Positions 37,790-51,390 of a DNA stretch of 64,000 nt are shown piece by piece; positions within the stretch are counted from its first letter, which is position 1; each line of letters opens with the position of its first letter. A program made the position numbers and the translations under genes. The notes below the pieces were generated by a model. The model was not told the origin of the DNA, did not search any database, and worked only from the letters and a program-made list of their open reading frames with translations. Origin of the DNA: Perkinsus chesapeaki ATCC PRA-425 (lineage: Eukaryota > Protista > Perkinsozoa); NCBI GenBank assembly GCA_013115145.1, contig JAAPAO010000006.1, positions 62,001-126,000 on the forward strand, in the 5' to 3' direction.

Positions 37790-40112
37790 TATCGAGAAAT
37801 CTGTACCTTGATATGGTTGCGATTTTGCAACTTCCCTCTTCAAGCGAACTTCACGAAATCAAAACATACCGTCATGGGACTTTGACAATGTCTTGGCTTT
37901 GGTATGGATGCTTCCCAGGTGCATAGACTGGAATTCATTAGAGTTTGAAGTACCTGAGGATTTACTTGTCACCGAGGCTCAAGATGAGGAGCTGGGCATT
38001 TGGGCGCCTCCAGAGGTGAGAATAGATTACTCTACACGAAGATATGTGGGAGCAGGTTCTCTGTCCACCATGGATGAAGGGGAGATTCACTTATTATACA
38101 TCAGAATTGATGTCATGTGATAGTGGACAAGCCAGCCCAAATGGTCAGGGTTCTACAAGAAGTACAGGAGCCGACTCTAACGGTCAACAAACACCCTCGG
38201 TTGATGGACGGAAAAACAAAACTTTCACGAGGAGGAAGAGATGTAGTTTTGAGCGCACCTACTTGTCAGACCAATGACTCGCTTTTTGCAGTACCTTCTT
38301 CGTATCGGCCTATGCCGGGTTCACTGCTCTTGCCTAAGGGAATTGTCACGCCAAGCAGGAGGAGTAGCCTCTCGACCGTGGCAGCGAGTCCGGTAACACC
38401 CGGTAGTGTGACATCTGCTACAGTAACAAGCCGCAAACGTGGTTCCCTTGTCATCTTTCTGTTTAGCCGCCGTTCTTCGCTCAAGCCAAGGCCGCTGTGT
38501 CGAATAAGGCAACGGTTGGAGAGGGAGCAGCTACTCCTGGGAGGAATGTCAAGCCCACGACCTCTTCAACTCCAAGTAGAACTGAAGCAAGTATGGCGGC
38601 GTTGAAGGAGAAGTTGGCAGGCTTTCAGGTGATATGGGTTCAGGATTTGGAGAGATTAAACCAAGTCGGTTGTGCGTGTTTGAACATCGCGCACTCACGA
38701 AGATTATCCCCGTTTTACCTATACGCGTGAAACGCCTCTAACAGCGCGCCACTCGATAGTGTCACATGTCATTCGTGTATGTCTTCTGATGTCTCACATT
38801 TGTTTAGGCGAAGGCAAAGGCGGCGGCGGCCGCTGCAGCATCCATCTCGCAGCCCCCTCTTGGCACCACACGGCAATCCGGCAACGACAACTCAAATAGC
38901 GGTGGGCTGCGGCCTTTGAATATCAGTCCGTGGGCACCACCTCACCCACCACCGAAGACATCGAATGGGCCTAGCGGCCCATTCCGGCCAAACACTGACG
39001 AGTGGCAACAAAAAGCACGGCCCTTACCCAAAACTCCGCCTCGTGAGAATGGTAATTCGAAGCGTCCAGTAAGCCCGGAACGACACCACCATGTCGGCCG
39101 GACGGACTCTGACAAAAGGAGGAAGACGGATTTGCGAGCTAAAGATTCTCCGAGGTCGAGAGGGTCATCGCCGAGGTCAGATATCAGCGAGCCTGTTGAG
39201 CGAGAGTCTCGTGAGGTTATGATGTCGGTGGATTTGGATATGTCTCCTCGAGCTCGATTACTGGTCCGGAATCGGAGCGGTGGAGCTACAATTAGTCGAA
39301 GACGAACGGAAGTGGAGGCTGCTGGTACGATGGCTCGAGCTGCTGCTGAGGCTGCTTACAGCTCGAGAAATGCAGCACCGATGCCGTCGGCCCCTTTTGC
39401 GAGGTCTGGAAGGAATTTGGGCAAGGGGCTTCGAGGAAGGGAAAGGTAGTAGTGGGTATGGATGCCCCGACAGTCTCTGGGATACATTCGATTAGCGGTG
39501 CACATGCACGTAGAGCTAGGGCTACTTCACTTTTACGCAACTCCCACTATAGTTTCGGAACCGTGCTTAATGTTATTATCGAATTCCTTTTTTCGATGCA
39601 ATTGGGACAAGCTTGTCGATCGGATGAATTTGGCCATTTTCAGGTCAAGATCTCCACCACACTTCCGGTTACACCCTGCCCAACGTATGAGAGCAGGCGG
39701 TCCTCGAAATGCTTTTGACACGGGTGGCCCACGGAACGCTCTGGATGCTGCCCCTCCTATACGGGAGCCGAATCACCACCAGCATCATCATCAACATCAC
39801 CATCATGATGAGGATAAGGAGGTTCCCAGGCCGATACTCATCGAAAAGATGTCACCGGAAAGCACTAGTAGCCACGGCTCCGTACCGCCGCGGACATTCC
39901 CGCCTCCACCAGCTGGACTAGTGCCAAGAGCCAAGGCCAGTCATAAGGCAAAAGCTCCGAAAAGCTTCCCGCCACCACCGGGATTGGTGCTCCGACAAGA
40001 TAGTAGGAACGGTCCTAGCGGAAGGATCGGAGGAGGGCCGAGGAGCATGTTCGGCGCGGCGATGCAGTCAGTGCTGCGACAGAGTGGTGGCGGGGGCGGC
40101 AGAAGACGATAA
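37790..40112 (+). CDS. Hypothetical protein: small Trp/Pro-containing N-terminal domain, long S/P/R-rich tail, poly-Ala and poly-His tracts
   Basis: In-frame splicing gives ..GTLTMSWLWCIDWNSLEFEVPED..GIWAPPEVLCPPWMKGRFTYY. ORFs 38916-39449 and 39462-40112 include HHQHHHQHHHHDED. The start is unresolved. Confidence 0.55.
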
Positions 40113-40322
40113 GATTCCTTAGAAATAGTAGTAGTACCATATGTAGCTAGCGTGAAGGTCTTTACTGCCTTATCAAAGAAGGCAGGTCTATAGATATCAT
40201 ACTTTGCTTGAAAACGTCAAAAACCTATAGTTTAGAAATCCTTAAGTAAAATTGAATGATCTTACGCAGCTGTTGAGTTGGAGTTGTTGTTTAAATAAGG
40301 GATCTAGTTTGCCTTCTTGATA

Positions 40323-43300
40323 ATGAATCAAGAAGATGAATGGCAGCAAGTAGCAGCTTTGCCGTATCTGGTAACATCAGTAGGGCCAGTGGCATGCTGG
40401 TCTGTAGATGACTATGTCGCTGTAGCCACAGAAAAAGTGGTTTATGTACTAGACGCTACGGTAGTACTTCTGGGGGGGATAAGGACGTCCTCGTCATTTT
40501 TTTATCTGCGAGGTGGACAATTATTAGCAACCAATCTATATATTTCACGTTATGTGTCGCTTTGGTGGAATTGCCAAGTCTGTTGTAATAGTTTCATTTG
40601 TGAGTAGCTATATATCATTCTATATTGTTTAGGCATTTTTAGAAGGAACCACTCGATCGGCTTTGGCTGCCGGTGGAGTTACTGGACCAGTGAGACTGCT
40701 GAAGGGGCAGATCACACCGTCACGTCAAATTACTGGTGGAGAGTTCCAAGCGAAGAGGCTGAAGCTGGAGGATGGGGTAAGAAAACATGATGCACCAATA
40801 CAGCAATACAAAATACTGTCAGACATGAATTGTACTATACTTTCGTGACCTACGGGTGAACTTATCGTTGACTCCTTCACAGCTCACTTCGCTAGTGGAA
40901 TCCTTTTAGGAGGAGGAGTTCCACGCCGCCAAGCTTCTGTCTAGAAGGAAAAGCGCCGATAAGGAGGTTAAACTGAAGGCTATGGAGCTTCTTGAGGGAG
41001 GCATAAAGGCAGCAACGACGCGCTCAAAAGAGCATCCAACACCGGTGAAGAAAGTTTCGTCGGGCGAGAGTAAGAAAAAGAAAAAGTCTGAAAAGAAAAG
41101 CAAGAGTACGGAGAAGAAAGCGCCAGCGAAAAAGAAAGCGACACCGAAGCGGAAGGTAATGTATGGCGGCTGGCGGAGGATACGAAGGGTTCCGCCAATT
41201 TGGTTTGGATGGTTATGGGTCTCATTTAGTGTTGGGAATACTACAGTATAGGCGTATCTCCATTTTTATAGGCCCTATACGAGTAGAGATATGTGCTTCC
41301 CCTATCTGACAATGCTTTCATCAGGCTAAGAAAAGGCGTAGCATAGTTCGGAGTGATTCCGAGTCTGAAGCTGATGACGATGACTCTGATTTTCAAATGG
41401 AGTCTGAGGCTGAGTCATCATCATCATCATCGTCGGATGATGCTAGTGACCTAGTCCCGGAAGGTTCTGAAGGTAGTGCCTTGGGGTTAACTCTTTCTCC
41501 AGGGGATGATTTGAGAAAGGAAGCAGAAATAACTTTGAGGTGCCCCGTTTTTTATGAGTTGGTCAGTTTGGATGGCGTTAGTGGAACTCCGATGTATTAA
41601 TATCCCTCCAGCAGCAGCGGATATTACAAATTTGTTGGCTGATGGCTGCTATTCTTCCTTTTCAGCTGATGAGCTCGCGAATTCTCGGCCGCACCCTCGA
41701 GCCTCTACTGCCAGTAGCAGTAGCGTCGGCGGCCTTGGCGGTTCAAACCTTCTAGGGCAGTGCGGTGGTCCAGCGGGGGTTCAGGACTTGTGGGTTGGCG
41801 ATGTTCAACGGGTCGCTGGAGCGAATGCGGTAAGTGAAAATACAGTAGAAGAATACAGCAAGTCATTATCTTTTGCCAGTCAACACAGGAGGACATATTA
41901 ACGCTACTACAGCAACATTACTCTGTGATGAGCACATGTCCAAAATCAGTTCATTGGTCTCCCGGTTATGCCTGTGGCCATGGTGAGCCGGAAAGCCTCA
42001 GCCACGATTGTTACCTCATTAAATATCGCAGGTTGCATACTTGCACTTGTGCCTCGCTTCGCCTTTGTTGTGCAGCTTTTCGTGCTCTCGGAGCACTCCA
42101 CCTCAGTGAACGGTAAGTAGTAGGAGACGATGGTTTGGTGGAAAGTAATAGCGATATCATCAGGTCCGGATTGTCCTACTCTGGCCGACCTAAATCCATC
42201 CGAGGCATGGGCGATGCCCCCGACTGAGACACCCCCGTTAATTACAATAGAAGCCGATGGTCAGTGCAACCAGCCTATAGAACTAGGTACTATAAAGATA
42301 TGATCAATATACACAGCACTGAGTTCTCGGACGTGAGCCCCAACATACCGTGCGCGCGTTTCATGCATGTGTTACTTGCAACTGTGTCTTGATGCACTTG
42401 GCTAGCCCCTCCACTCAGGTCCGCGTCCTCCTCCATTAACAGTAGTATACCCAACGTTCGCCCAGTCCCCAATAGCCAGTTCAAGTACAGATGCTGTGGT
42501 CGCGTGGGCACCAAGGAAGATCGGCCCTATTAGTAGGGGAGTCATTCATATGCATCGGTCTAAAGGTTGCGACAGGTTCCGCCTTAATTGTTTGTCATGG
42601 AACTCTTGCTCTATTTTGGGACATCGCTCCGGAAGCCTCTAGGTGAGGGTCGGTGGCGTACAGCGTATCTTCGAGGCCGATGGTCTTAGGTTCCGCCCCT
42701 TCTTCGCATTGTCCCTACCGAGTATGATAACAAGTGTCACCTGCCAATCGCTACATCGCTCGGTCCCCCTGCCTACTGAGATGGTACTGACTAAGGCAGA
42801 GACGCTACGTCTGGATGGGGCACCGAGTCTTCATGATATGGTAAAGCGGCCTATATCAGGAAACTGCTCGTAATAGGGAATTCTATCAGGTGGATGTCGT
42901 CGAATGCCCAACAGTGGAGGTGGAGACAGTCGTTGTGGTTGTTGGAATGCAATCTGGTTCGGTGATGGCAGCATGTGTGTCTTTGGCTGAGCTACCCCAT
43001 GGAATAGTGGTAGGTCGTTGGCTTCGTAAACTCCTTCATTGCTTTGATAATGTTCATTTTCAGCCTCTAAATACTCCTAAATTTATCGAAATTTGCCGCC
43101 TTCCGTCATTCATTGAAAATGTCGGCTGCGAAGTGCTACCCGACGCCGCGGCCATAACTGAACCTAAACTGTTGGTGCACATCTGTGCAGCGTCAACCGC
43201 GGTTTACGAGGCGAAGGTGGTTGTGTGGTCAGAGGATAGTGAGTATCTTCAAGGGTAAGGCTATTTTTGTTGCGACGTTTGCCAGCTGCAGTTTGCCGGT

Positions 43301-44867
43301 TGTCGAAACGTGATTTCTATTTCTCCGTTAGACCACCCGAATGCCTATCAATACCGCCAGTAAACACCGCCATTGACGACGATGAATGCTCACCCATCAC
43401 AGGCGTCACTCCACTAATAGGGCAAGGCTACTTTATCATGTCCAAGTCGGCCGGGACTCGCATTGCGGTAATCTTGCCTCGTACAGTCTAGGCACCTGAA
43501 ATTCATATTAAACTCAGGTATCAGCATTGCCAGATCGACTTAGAGAAATAAGTTTGGAAGGCTTCGATCCTTCATCTAAGCTCCAGGGAGAAACAATATC
43601 ACCGAATGGGACTGAGATAGTAAGTCCTGTAGGATTTATCGATTAATGTGGGATAATTCATGTAAGATTGCCATTTGCTGTGGGGGAACTGTGAACAAGC
43701 AACAGTCTCGAGTGATGCTGAATCGATCGAGGAAAGTTATGATAGAGATAGAGGCGGCTGTTACTGGTACTCCCACTGGCCAAATGAATGGTATCGATGA
43801 TCAAGCCAACCAACTACTGAGTAGGTGCTATTACGCATTATCGTCGATGAAATAGACCCATCGGATAAGACTCCTCTACTGTTAGGACAAATACTATTAC
43901 CCAACTCTGGGAACGGCACTAACTTATATGATTGCTACTTGTCACTTCTGTCGGGAAGGGTTCCACCGAGTGTGGATCCAGCCAGGCCGGAGGTAACTTC
44001 GATGGCTTGAAGTTGCGCAGGAAATCCCTATGATTTAGGTCCTGCCACCCATTGCCACTCTAGAGTCTATAAACCAAGCTCTTGAATTCTCCCTTGAAAG
44101 GGTAGGTGTACTTCCCCCGGGATACTCTACTGCCCCGCTACTGGTGTACAACGATAGTACGCAACCAATTCCAGCATCATCGTCATCCATGGAGGTTGAT
44201 GGTATGCCTTCAAATACACGCCTTGAGGGTATGTGTCAACTTATCTCGACCACCCAAAGGCTCATTGTCAGGTATTGATGATATGCTTTCCAAGGCTCGA
44301 GCTGTAATGGCTCTGCATTGCGTGTAGGTTTCACTTTGCTCGCTCTTTGTCACTCTGTCGTCTAGATACTGGGCAATGATGCGCCGGCTACATACGCCTA
44401 GGGCAACGTTTATGGCGGTCGTATCTCGTCCGTTTCCGGAGTCTACAATGCAAAACGAGCGACGAGCCATACTCAACTTGCTGTGGACAGGAGGCCAGGA
44501 TGATTTACTAGCCCAGCAGCTCCTCCCTATGGATATAAAGGAGCCCAGCTTTCCGTCACCGGACTGCCCTCTCTGTGACGCCACAACACCTTCTAAGATG
44601 ATCATCGATGACAACGCTCGGATCTACATTTGCGAGACAAATCCGACCCATAAAGCTCTAATGTGCCAGAAAACAAGAAAGCCTCTGTGAGTGGCCTCAT
44701 ATGCATGGAACTGCATTTTCCTGACTTGATATGGATTTTATTTCCCTTTCAGAGTGTACGGTGCCCTTCTACGATGCTCCTTCTGCTCCGCCGTCTTCGA
44801 TGCATTCGAGGTACTCACATCAAACCGCTGCTGCTTATGCGGCTGCCGTACCGGTATGGAGATATGA
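40323..44867 (+). CDS. TFIIIC 90 kDa/delta subunit-like protein (GTF3C4/Tfc8): N-terminal propeller start, Lys-rich/acidic insert, C-terminal Zn finger
   Basis: N-terminus ACWSVDDYVAVATEKVVYVL; SVHWSPG; C-terminus CPLC..ICETNPTH..MCQKTRKPL..RCSFC..CCLCGC fits the zf-TFIIIC ligand spacing. Confidence 0.6.
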
Positions 44868-45040
44868 ATAGATGATGGTGGATGATGCATCCCGACTAAT
44901 ACTATCTATTACTATTAAGACTTACACAAATCATTGCCAACGTACGTTACGCAAAGGAACGTTTTTCAGTTTTTAGCGTATTCGAGGAATGTGTTGTATT
45001 CGTTAATTTGTGGCTCACCGCAGCGGCACCTAATTCTCGA

Positions 45041-46984
45041 TTAAGGGATGACAGCTCCGACACAGTCGCAGGACGAGAGTAACGACAAGACGCCAGTGTT
45101 ACGGAAAACAGCTACATTCACCAAAGACGTTGTCGATAAAAACAAAGACACATCGTACCTCCGCAACCGTGATTGTGAGGTAATCTGTTGGTATACTCTT
45201 GAATAACGATGCACCTCAGGGAGAGCTTGTTGTAGTTGGACAGATCTCTCACGGTTTTGGCTTCGAGCCTCATAAACCATCCATAGGTCTGCGTGTGGAA
45301 CTCTCGGTTGTATTTCCGGGTGTTGAAGGGGATCGTAGCGCTGGTAATTCGCTGTTTGTAAGCTCATGAACATACCTGATATGTGTCGGTAGATGGCAGT
45401 GAGAAGTGGGTGTCACAATGTCGGAAACTAGGCTGGATGCCAATAAGTGCCCAAACGATAAGGCCCGAGCAAACTCAGACGTGCTACACTGATGTTAGTT
45501 GGGAAAACCCTAGTCTGAGAACAAAATAACTCATTCCGTAGGGCAGTCGTTTACTAGGAACGTCAGTGTATCCGTGGAATCACCCGCTTGACATGTATCT
45601 GGCTTTCAATTCCGTTGGTTCCTGGCCGATGCTAAAGTTAGTAGTATATGCGGTCGATGATACAGGGGACCCCGAGAGAAAGACGCAAGCTCGGATATCA
45701 ATACGTGAGTCTGCCAACTCGGCTTTGATGAGATGATGTTCGTAGTCTCCTACGGGCTGCTACCTCTCCCCACAAAGCCCGGGAACCACCGGTTACACTG
45801 TCGAACTATGAGGACGATCGGTTGTGGTAGATTCGGGAGATTTAAAGATGCGCTGCGTAGGTTCAGAATACCTATTAGAACGTATAAACTATACCGATCA
45901 GGTTGTTATCTGGGTCTGCCGGTCACTACAGCTGTACCGACCAACTTTCTAGACAACGACCGTTCATCATTCGTATCAGTTCCAAGTGGCACTATCGTGA
46001 GTGCTGCCTTCTTCATGCTTTGGCCTCCGTTTCTAAATCAGGTTATCGACTGCGAGATAATAGTAAGGCGAGCTTCCAAGCTCGGACTGCTTTTAGGGGG
46101 AAGTTGATCACAAAGAGTTGATCATGTCATCATTGTGGTACGTGTGTCTCCATGTGTAGAAGCATTGTGTTGAAGAGTTTCTTCAAGCTCCCGAAATCGC
46201 ATATTGCTGTCGGTAATGACCTATCCACATACGCGAGACTATACGACCAGACTTCGATTGCGATGGAAAAGATGGTTACCTAGAAATTGTGCATAAGTTA
46301 TATGTATTACAATGTCGCATATATCGGTAACCTGACATTGAGCTAGCAATAGCAACTACGTCTATATGGATTTTTCGACCACATAGTTCAGCATTCAGTC
46401 CAAGAATTCCATGGGGGCCGGCAACTCGTATCAAGGGCGCGCTGTAAACCGCTGTACTGCCGAAATACAAGTCCACGGTAAACATTGCCTGCACTTCACG
46501 AGAGCTCGCAGTTACTCGGCTGAGTCATCTTTAAACGAGACTATCGATATACGTAACCTGCAAGGATTGACCAACACGAAACTAGCCTCATATATCCGAA
46601 CAAATTTCGAGGAACTCACAACTGTCGAATCCTGTCAAACCTGTGGGCGTTATAAACGTTCCGCAAGAGTAGCGAATAAAATAACGATGCAAGTTGGGTG
46701 AGGCCACAAAATCGCTCCCAGACCCATGGTCGTCAATGCGGGAACCTTACACTCGCTCCCCCCTCGCATATCGCCGAGTATTGCCGGTTTCACTGCTAGA
46801 CGATAACACTAAGCTGTCGTAGCCAGGGAGAACTCTTCGCCGTCCGCCATTCATACCGGTAGGGTGCTAAAGTGATCGTAGCTTCGAAGGTATACTTTTG
46901 GTCGCGCGTTTTAGAAAACGGGAAACATGAAATGCTTCGCTCCGCCTCGATTTCTGTTTCGCTGCATTTAGTTCTCTTGACCAT
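45041..46984 (-). CDS. Hypothetical multi-exon protein, divergent from CCT5
   Basis: MVKRTKCSETE..KYTFEATITLAPYR / SENRQYSAICEGER is open across a GT-AG intron; further open exons run to ORF 45041-45373. Confidence 0.5.
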
Positions 46985-47014
46985 ACTTTTTGGGGGAGCT
47001 ATTTCTTATTTAAG

Positions 47015-49542
47015 ATGGCATCCATTAACGAAGGGACAAGTAAGCAGACGTAGCTTATGGGATTCACCCAGTGCTCTACCGTTATTATAGGCCTTTTGTG
47101 GGCTTTTGGTAGCCCTTAGCGGGCCGCCGCCGACTTTGAGCCCGATTTTAGTATAAACGATTTATACCATTTTAAATTATAGTACGGCTCATATCACACT
47201 GTGCCTCGCTACTTCGAGAGGCTGACGGTTACCGCGAATATTCACAGAGTGTTACTTTCGCCGTCTTTTTGGATAAAGTCTACGACGATTGTAATTATTG
47301 TCAGGCGGCCTCCCCGTGGGGCAGCTCGCCGTTGATGAGTACGGCAACCCCTTTGTTATTATGCAAGATCAGAATGATAAGAAGCGAGTAACTGGCTTGG
47401 ACGCCCAAAAGGTATTTTTACTTCCCTCGGAAGAGCGACCACAGTAATTTTTCAGGCTAACATCCTTGCCGCCAGAAGCGTCGCGGAGACGATTCGAACT
47501 AGTCTTGGCCCTAAGGGTAAAATAAGATACTTTAGTCTCACGTGACATAATGGTGCGTTATAGGCATGGACAAGATCATCGTCGGACCTGATGGCGACGT
47601 AACAGTCACTAATGACGGCGCAACGATTCTTGACAAGATGCAAGTTGAGAACCAAGTCGCCAAGCTTATGGTTGAACTATCCAAGAGTCAGGTAGGCTTC
47701 ATGTAGATGCCTGGACTGAATGACTCAATGTTAGGATGATGAAATTGGTGATGGTACCACCGGTATTGTCATCATTGCCGGTGCGTTGTTGGAACAAGCC
47801 AATAAGTAAGGGTGATCTGTACGAGTAAGGGTATTGTAGGCCAACCTTCAGGCTTTTGGAGATGGGTATTCATCCTCTCCGTATTGCCGATGGCTTCGAG
47901 AAGGCTTGTGAAGTTGCTGTTAAGCGTGTTCAGGAAATTAGCAAGCAGGTATTAGTACACCTACTTGGGACTTGGAGTTGGTAAGGAACTATCTCTCAGG
48001 TGGACATATTCAGTAACGATAATGAGGAACTTCATCGCGCTGCCATGACCGCTCTGGGCTCAAAGGTAGCACCCTTCGGACTTTGATTACAGCTCTCATA
48101 CCTGTAACAGATCGTCTCTTCCCGACAAGCCCAAATGGCCAAGATTGCCACCGATGCGGTCCTCTCGGTCGCCAATTTAGAGAGAAAGGACGTCAACTTC
48201 GATCTTATCAAGGTCGAAGGCAAAGTTGGTGGTCGACTCGAAGATACCTGTTTGGTCAACGGTATAGTTATCGACAAGGAGTTTTCTCATCCCCAAATGC
48301 CAAAGGAGGTTAAGGACGCGAAGATCTGTATGTCGAGTGTGTACGACTGCGTAGGTGTATTCCAATTTCAGGCATCTTGACATGTCCATTTGAGCCCCCG
48401 AAGCCTAAGACTAAGCATAAGATTGACATCAAGTCCGCTGAGGACTACAAGAAGCTCTACAAATACGAGCAGAAGTAATACACTTCAACACTTCAATCAC
48501 CGTTCAATATTTATCGCTCAGGTATTTCTCTGATATGGTGGATAAGATGCTGGATTCTGGCGCCAACTTGGCAATTTGCCAGTGGGGCTTTGACGACGAA
48601 GCGAACCACCTTCTGTAAGATTATCCTGTCTTGACGTTTTCTCTCGTAATGTTCTCATCTCAGATATCAGCGTGGTCTCCCAGCTATCCGATGGGTTGGT
48701 GGTGTTGAGCTCGAGCTTATCGCCATCGCCACTGGTGGTCGAATCGTCCCCAGATTCTCCGAACTCACTTCTGATAAGCTTGGCCATGCTGGCACTGTAA
48801 AGGAGCTGAGTCTCGGCACTACTGACAAGGACTCGATGATTGTAATCGAGGACTGTGCTAATTCGAAGACCGTAAGGCTGCTTTCTAATTACTCATTTAA
48901 TCTTAGTTATTTTCTGTTAGGTCACCGTGCTTGTTCGTGGTGGTAACCAGATGGCTGTCGATGAGGCTAAGCGGTGCTTGCATGATGCCATGTGTTGCGT
49001 CCGCAATCTTATTCGTGATAACAGAGTAGGGCCTTTCGAATTGTGTACTTTTGATTTTTCGTTCTTCAAGGTTGTTCCCGGCGGCGGCTGCGCTGAGATT
49101 GCTGCCAGTATTGCTGTTGCTGACGCAGCTGATAAGGAGCCCACTGTCGAGCAATACTCAATGAGGGCTTTCGCTGACGCTTTAGAGACCATTCCCAACT
49201 GCCTCAGTGAGAACTCTGGTCTCCAGCCGCTCAAGACGGTGGCTGAAGTGAGGTAGTGTTTCAAGTGAAATTGTTACGGGAGGAATCATTTCCATTTTAG
49301 GAATCTGCAAATATCCACGGGAAAGCCTGTCTATGGTGTAGATTGCGTAGCCCAGGGAACAAACGATATGTGGCAACAGGGAGTGTACGAGGCCATGGCG
49401 TCAAAGGTGGAAACTCTTGTTTAGAGCTAAGGGGTTTTCAAACATCTCTTTTTAGGTTGAGCAATTCAGCCTTGCGACCCAGGTTGTGAAGATGATCCTT
49501 AAAATCGATGATGTGATGTCCCCATACGATTGCGATCAGTAG
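47015..49542 (+). CDS. CCT5: Chaperonin CCT/TCP-1 subunit epsilon
   Basis: [92 protein letters not shown]. Exon 1 MASINEGT (47015-47039) splices in frame over a 265-nt intron. Confidence 0.96.
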
Positions 49543-50126
49543 AGTGCCTGCATGGCGGACGGCTCGGCTATTAGCACGTATATGGCATAAGATTACTCAG
49601 CTAGCTGCCGCTGCACAACGATTGCGTTTCTAACGTTATCTACATACCCTTCCCAATCAATATTGCCAGTGGATGAGTGTTGCTCTTCGAGCTAGAGGGA
49701 TGGTGTTCCGTGTTGAGTTCGAAGTCCGTGTTAATTCTATCTTGTGACGGTTATTCAGCATCAGGTTATCGCGATCATCGCGATGCTCTGTAGATGCATA
49801 CAGCGTGAGTGCCAGCATAATACGCGGCGCTTGTATCGATTCAACTCAAACCCTAATGAGTTATTAGGCTTCGAGTGCTGCGAAATAGTCATCGATATGC
49901 AAGTCGAACTTCGACTTGCATACTCAGTGTGCATACTTCGACTGTCGAAGTATCTAGATAAAAGGTTCGAAAGTCATTTCCGTCTCTGGGATGTTGGGAT
50001 GTTGGGATGTGGGGGATTTAGCGTTTACTTTGTGTTGCAATGCCACGAAGATGGTCTTCTACGTCGAAGGAAAACAAACAGTAATGCATCACGTGGTTTT
50101 TGTAGGTAGGTAGAATTGTCTCTGCA

Positions 50127-50593
50127 GGACGTTTGTCAGCCGGACGAACGAGCAACGCTGTGGTCGTTATGCCACAACTCGGGGTATAACTCCTCCTAAT
50201 AGGCTTGATTTGGAAGGTATCCTGGAAACCGCAAGTGTGAAGAACTCAGAACTTCTTAAGCGACCAGGGTAGGTTCCATAGTGATTTCCCTAGTTTGAAG
50301 TAACCTATATGGCTACGGTTTGAGCTTCTTTGCGGAAACGGCCTCCCAACTACCAACTTTAATAGACATGAGCCATGGACACTGTAGTGTGGAACTCGAA
50401 GAGAAGGTGAGGCTGACGTGATCCTTGATCGTGCACGTTCTTGACGCGTCAGGTGCTCGGACCGCTGCAGACAATCTTCGACCAGGCGAACGTAGAAAAA
50501 TTAGTCCAGCCGGTTGGATCAAGTGACATGAAATGCACGGTAAACGTTTTCGAGGACAACGAGAAAGAAGTAGGAGACATTCCCGTATCTTGA
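50127..50593 (+). pseudogene. Possible spliced gene fragment, unknown product
   Basis: Three open segments bounded by GT-AG (..LDLEGILETASVKNSELLKRP / FFAETASQLPTLIDM.. / VLGPLQTIFDQ..DIPVS*). No clear start. Confidence 0.3.
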
Positions 50594-50680
50594 GTAGGAT
50601 GTGACATGAACCGCTCTGCTAGACTATCTAGTATTAGTTAGAAATGCCAGACAATCTGCAACTATTAGTCTTGAGTATAC

Positions 50681-51062
50681 TTAATCCCACAGGTGGAAAA
50701 GTCCGTGAAACGACTGATCATGGGTATGAAGAAGTTCGGTAGCAAGGCGGAAAACGTGAGATATCTCGAAGAGGCCACCCAAGCTTTCTACGGTCTTTAC
50801 AATTTCTTTTTTGAAGCCACTCGCTTCGTAGGGATTGTGACCCACCCACAGGAGTAATAGTTCATGTATAGTTCGTATGTCCATGAAGTTCTCCATAGTT
50901 ACGCTGATAAATGCAAGGCATGGATTAGCGATCCGTCACTAGAGCGACTCAGGAGACCCCCACATAGTGGAGCGGAACAAGAGAAATGTAATGTAACTTG
51001 TAATATTCGGCGGTAATCCGGTCCTCATTTGCACGGGGTACTATCTGCCATGCAAAATCCAT
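50681..51062 (-). pseudogene. Two-exon hypothetical gene or fragment
   Basis: MDFAWQIVPRANEDRITAEYYKLHYISLVPLHY spliced to VTMENFMDIRTIHELLLLW..HLWD*. Confidence 0.3.
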
Positions 51063-51390
51063 GATGAATAAAATAGCACTTGTGTTGTTCAGGTTTTGTG
51101 GACTTTTGGCAGCGCTGTGCAGTGAACCAGTGCCGTAAACGAAAGGAGCGAGCTCCAGCAACCCCACCTGCTACGGACTACAGGAGTGGAACGCTTTTGA
51201 GAGCGCAGAGAGATATCCACGCTGAGCTAGAGAGTCTCCGTGCAGAGGTTGCTAAACTAAGAGCGGATGCTAACAATAGGGGCGGTAGGGTCTGGGGCCC
51301 AGCCTCTGGGCAGGCTACAGGGTTATCTCGGATTCTGTTTTCACAACGGTTGTCCTGGCCTGACTAACACTCGTAGCAGTTTGTATCTCG

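Noticed and set aside
49896-49953. Heat-shock elements downstream of CCT5
   Set aside because: GAA/TTC spacing is 1 nt rather than the canonical 2, and the site is 3' of the chaperonin; better explained as part of the palindrome class.
50309-50319. accgtagccat on the minus strand, the 5' half of the spliced leader
   Set aside because: Not followed by ttggctcaag; no SL RNA gene structure is supportable.
51080-51367. Gag-like coiled-coil ORF suggesting an LTR retrotransposon
   Set aside because: No CCHC knuckle, protease, RT or integrase motifs, LTR pair or PBS found.
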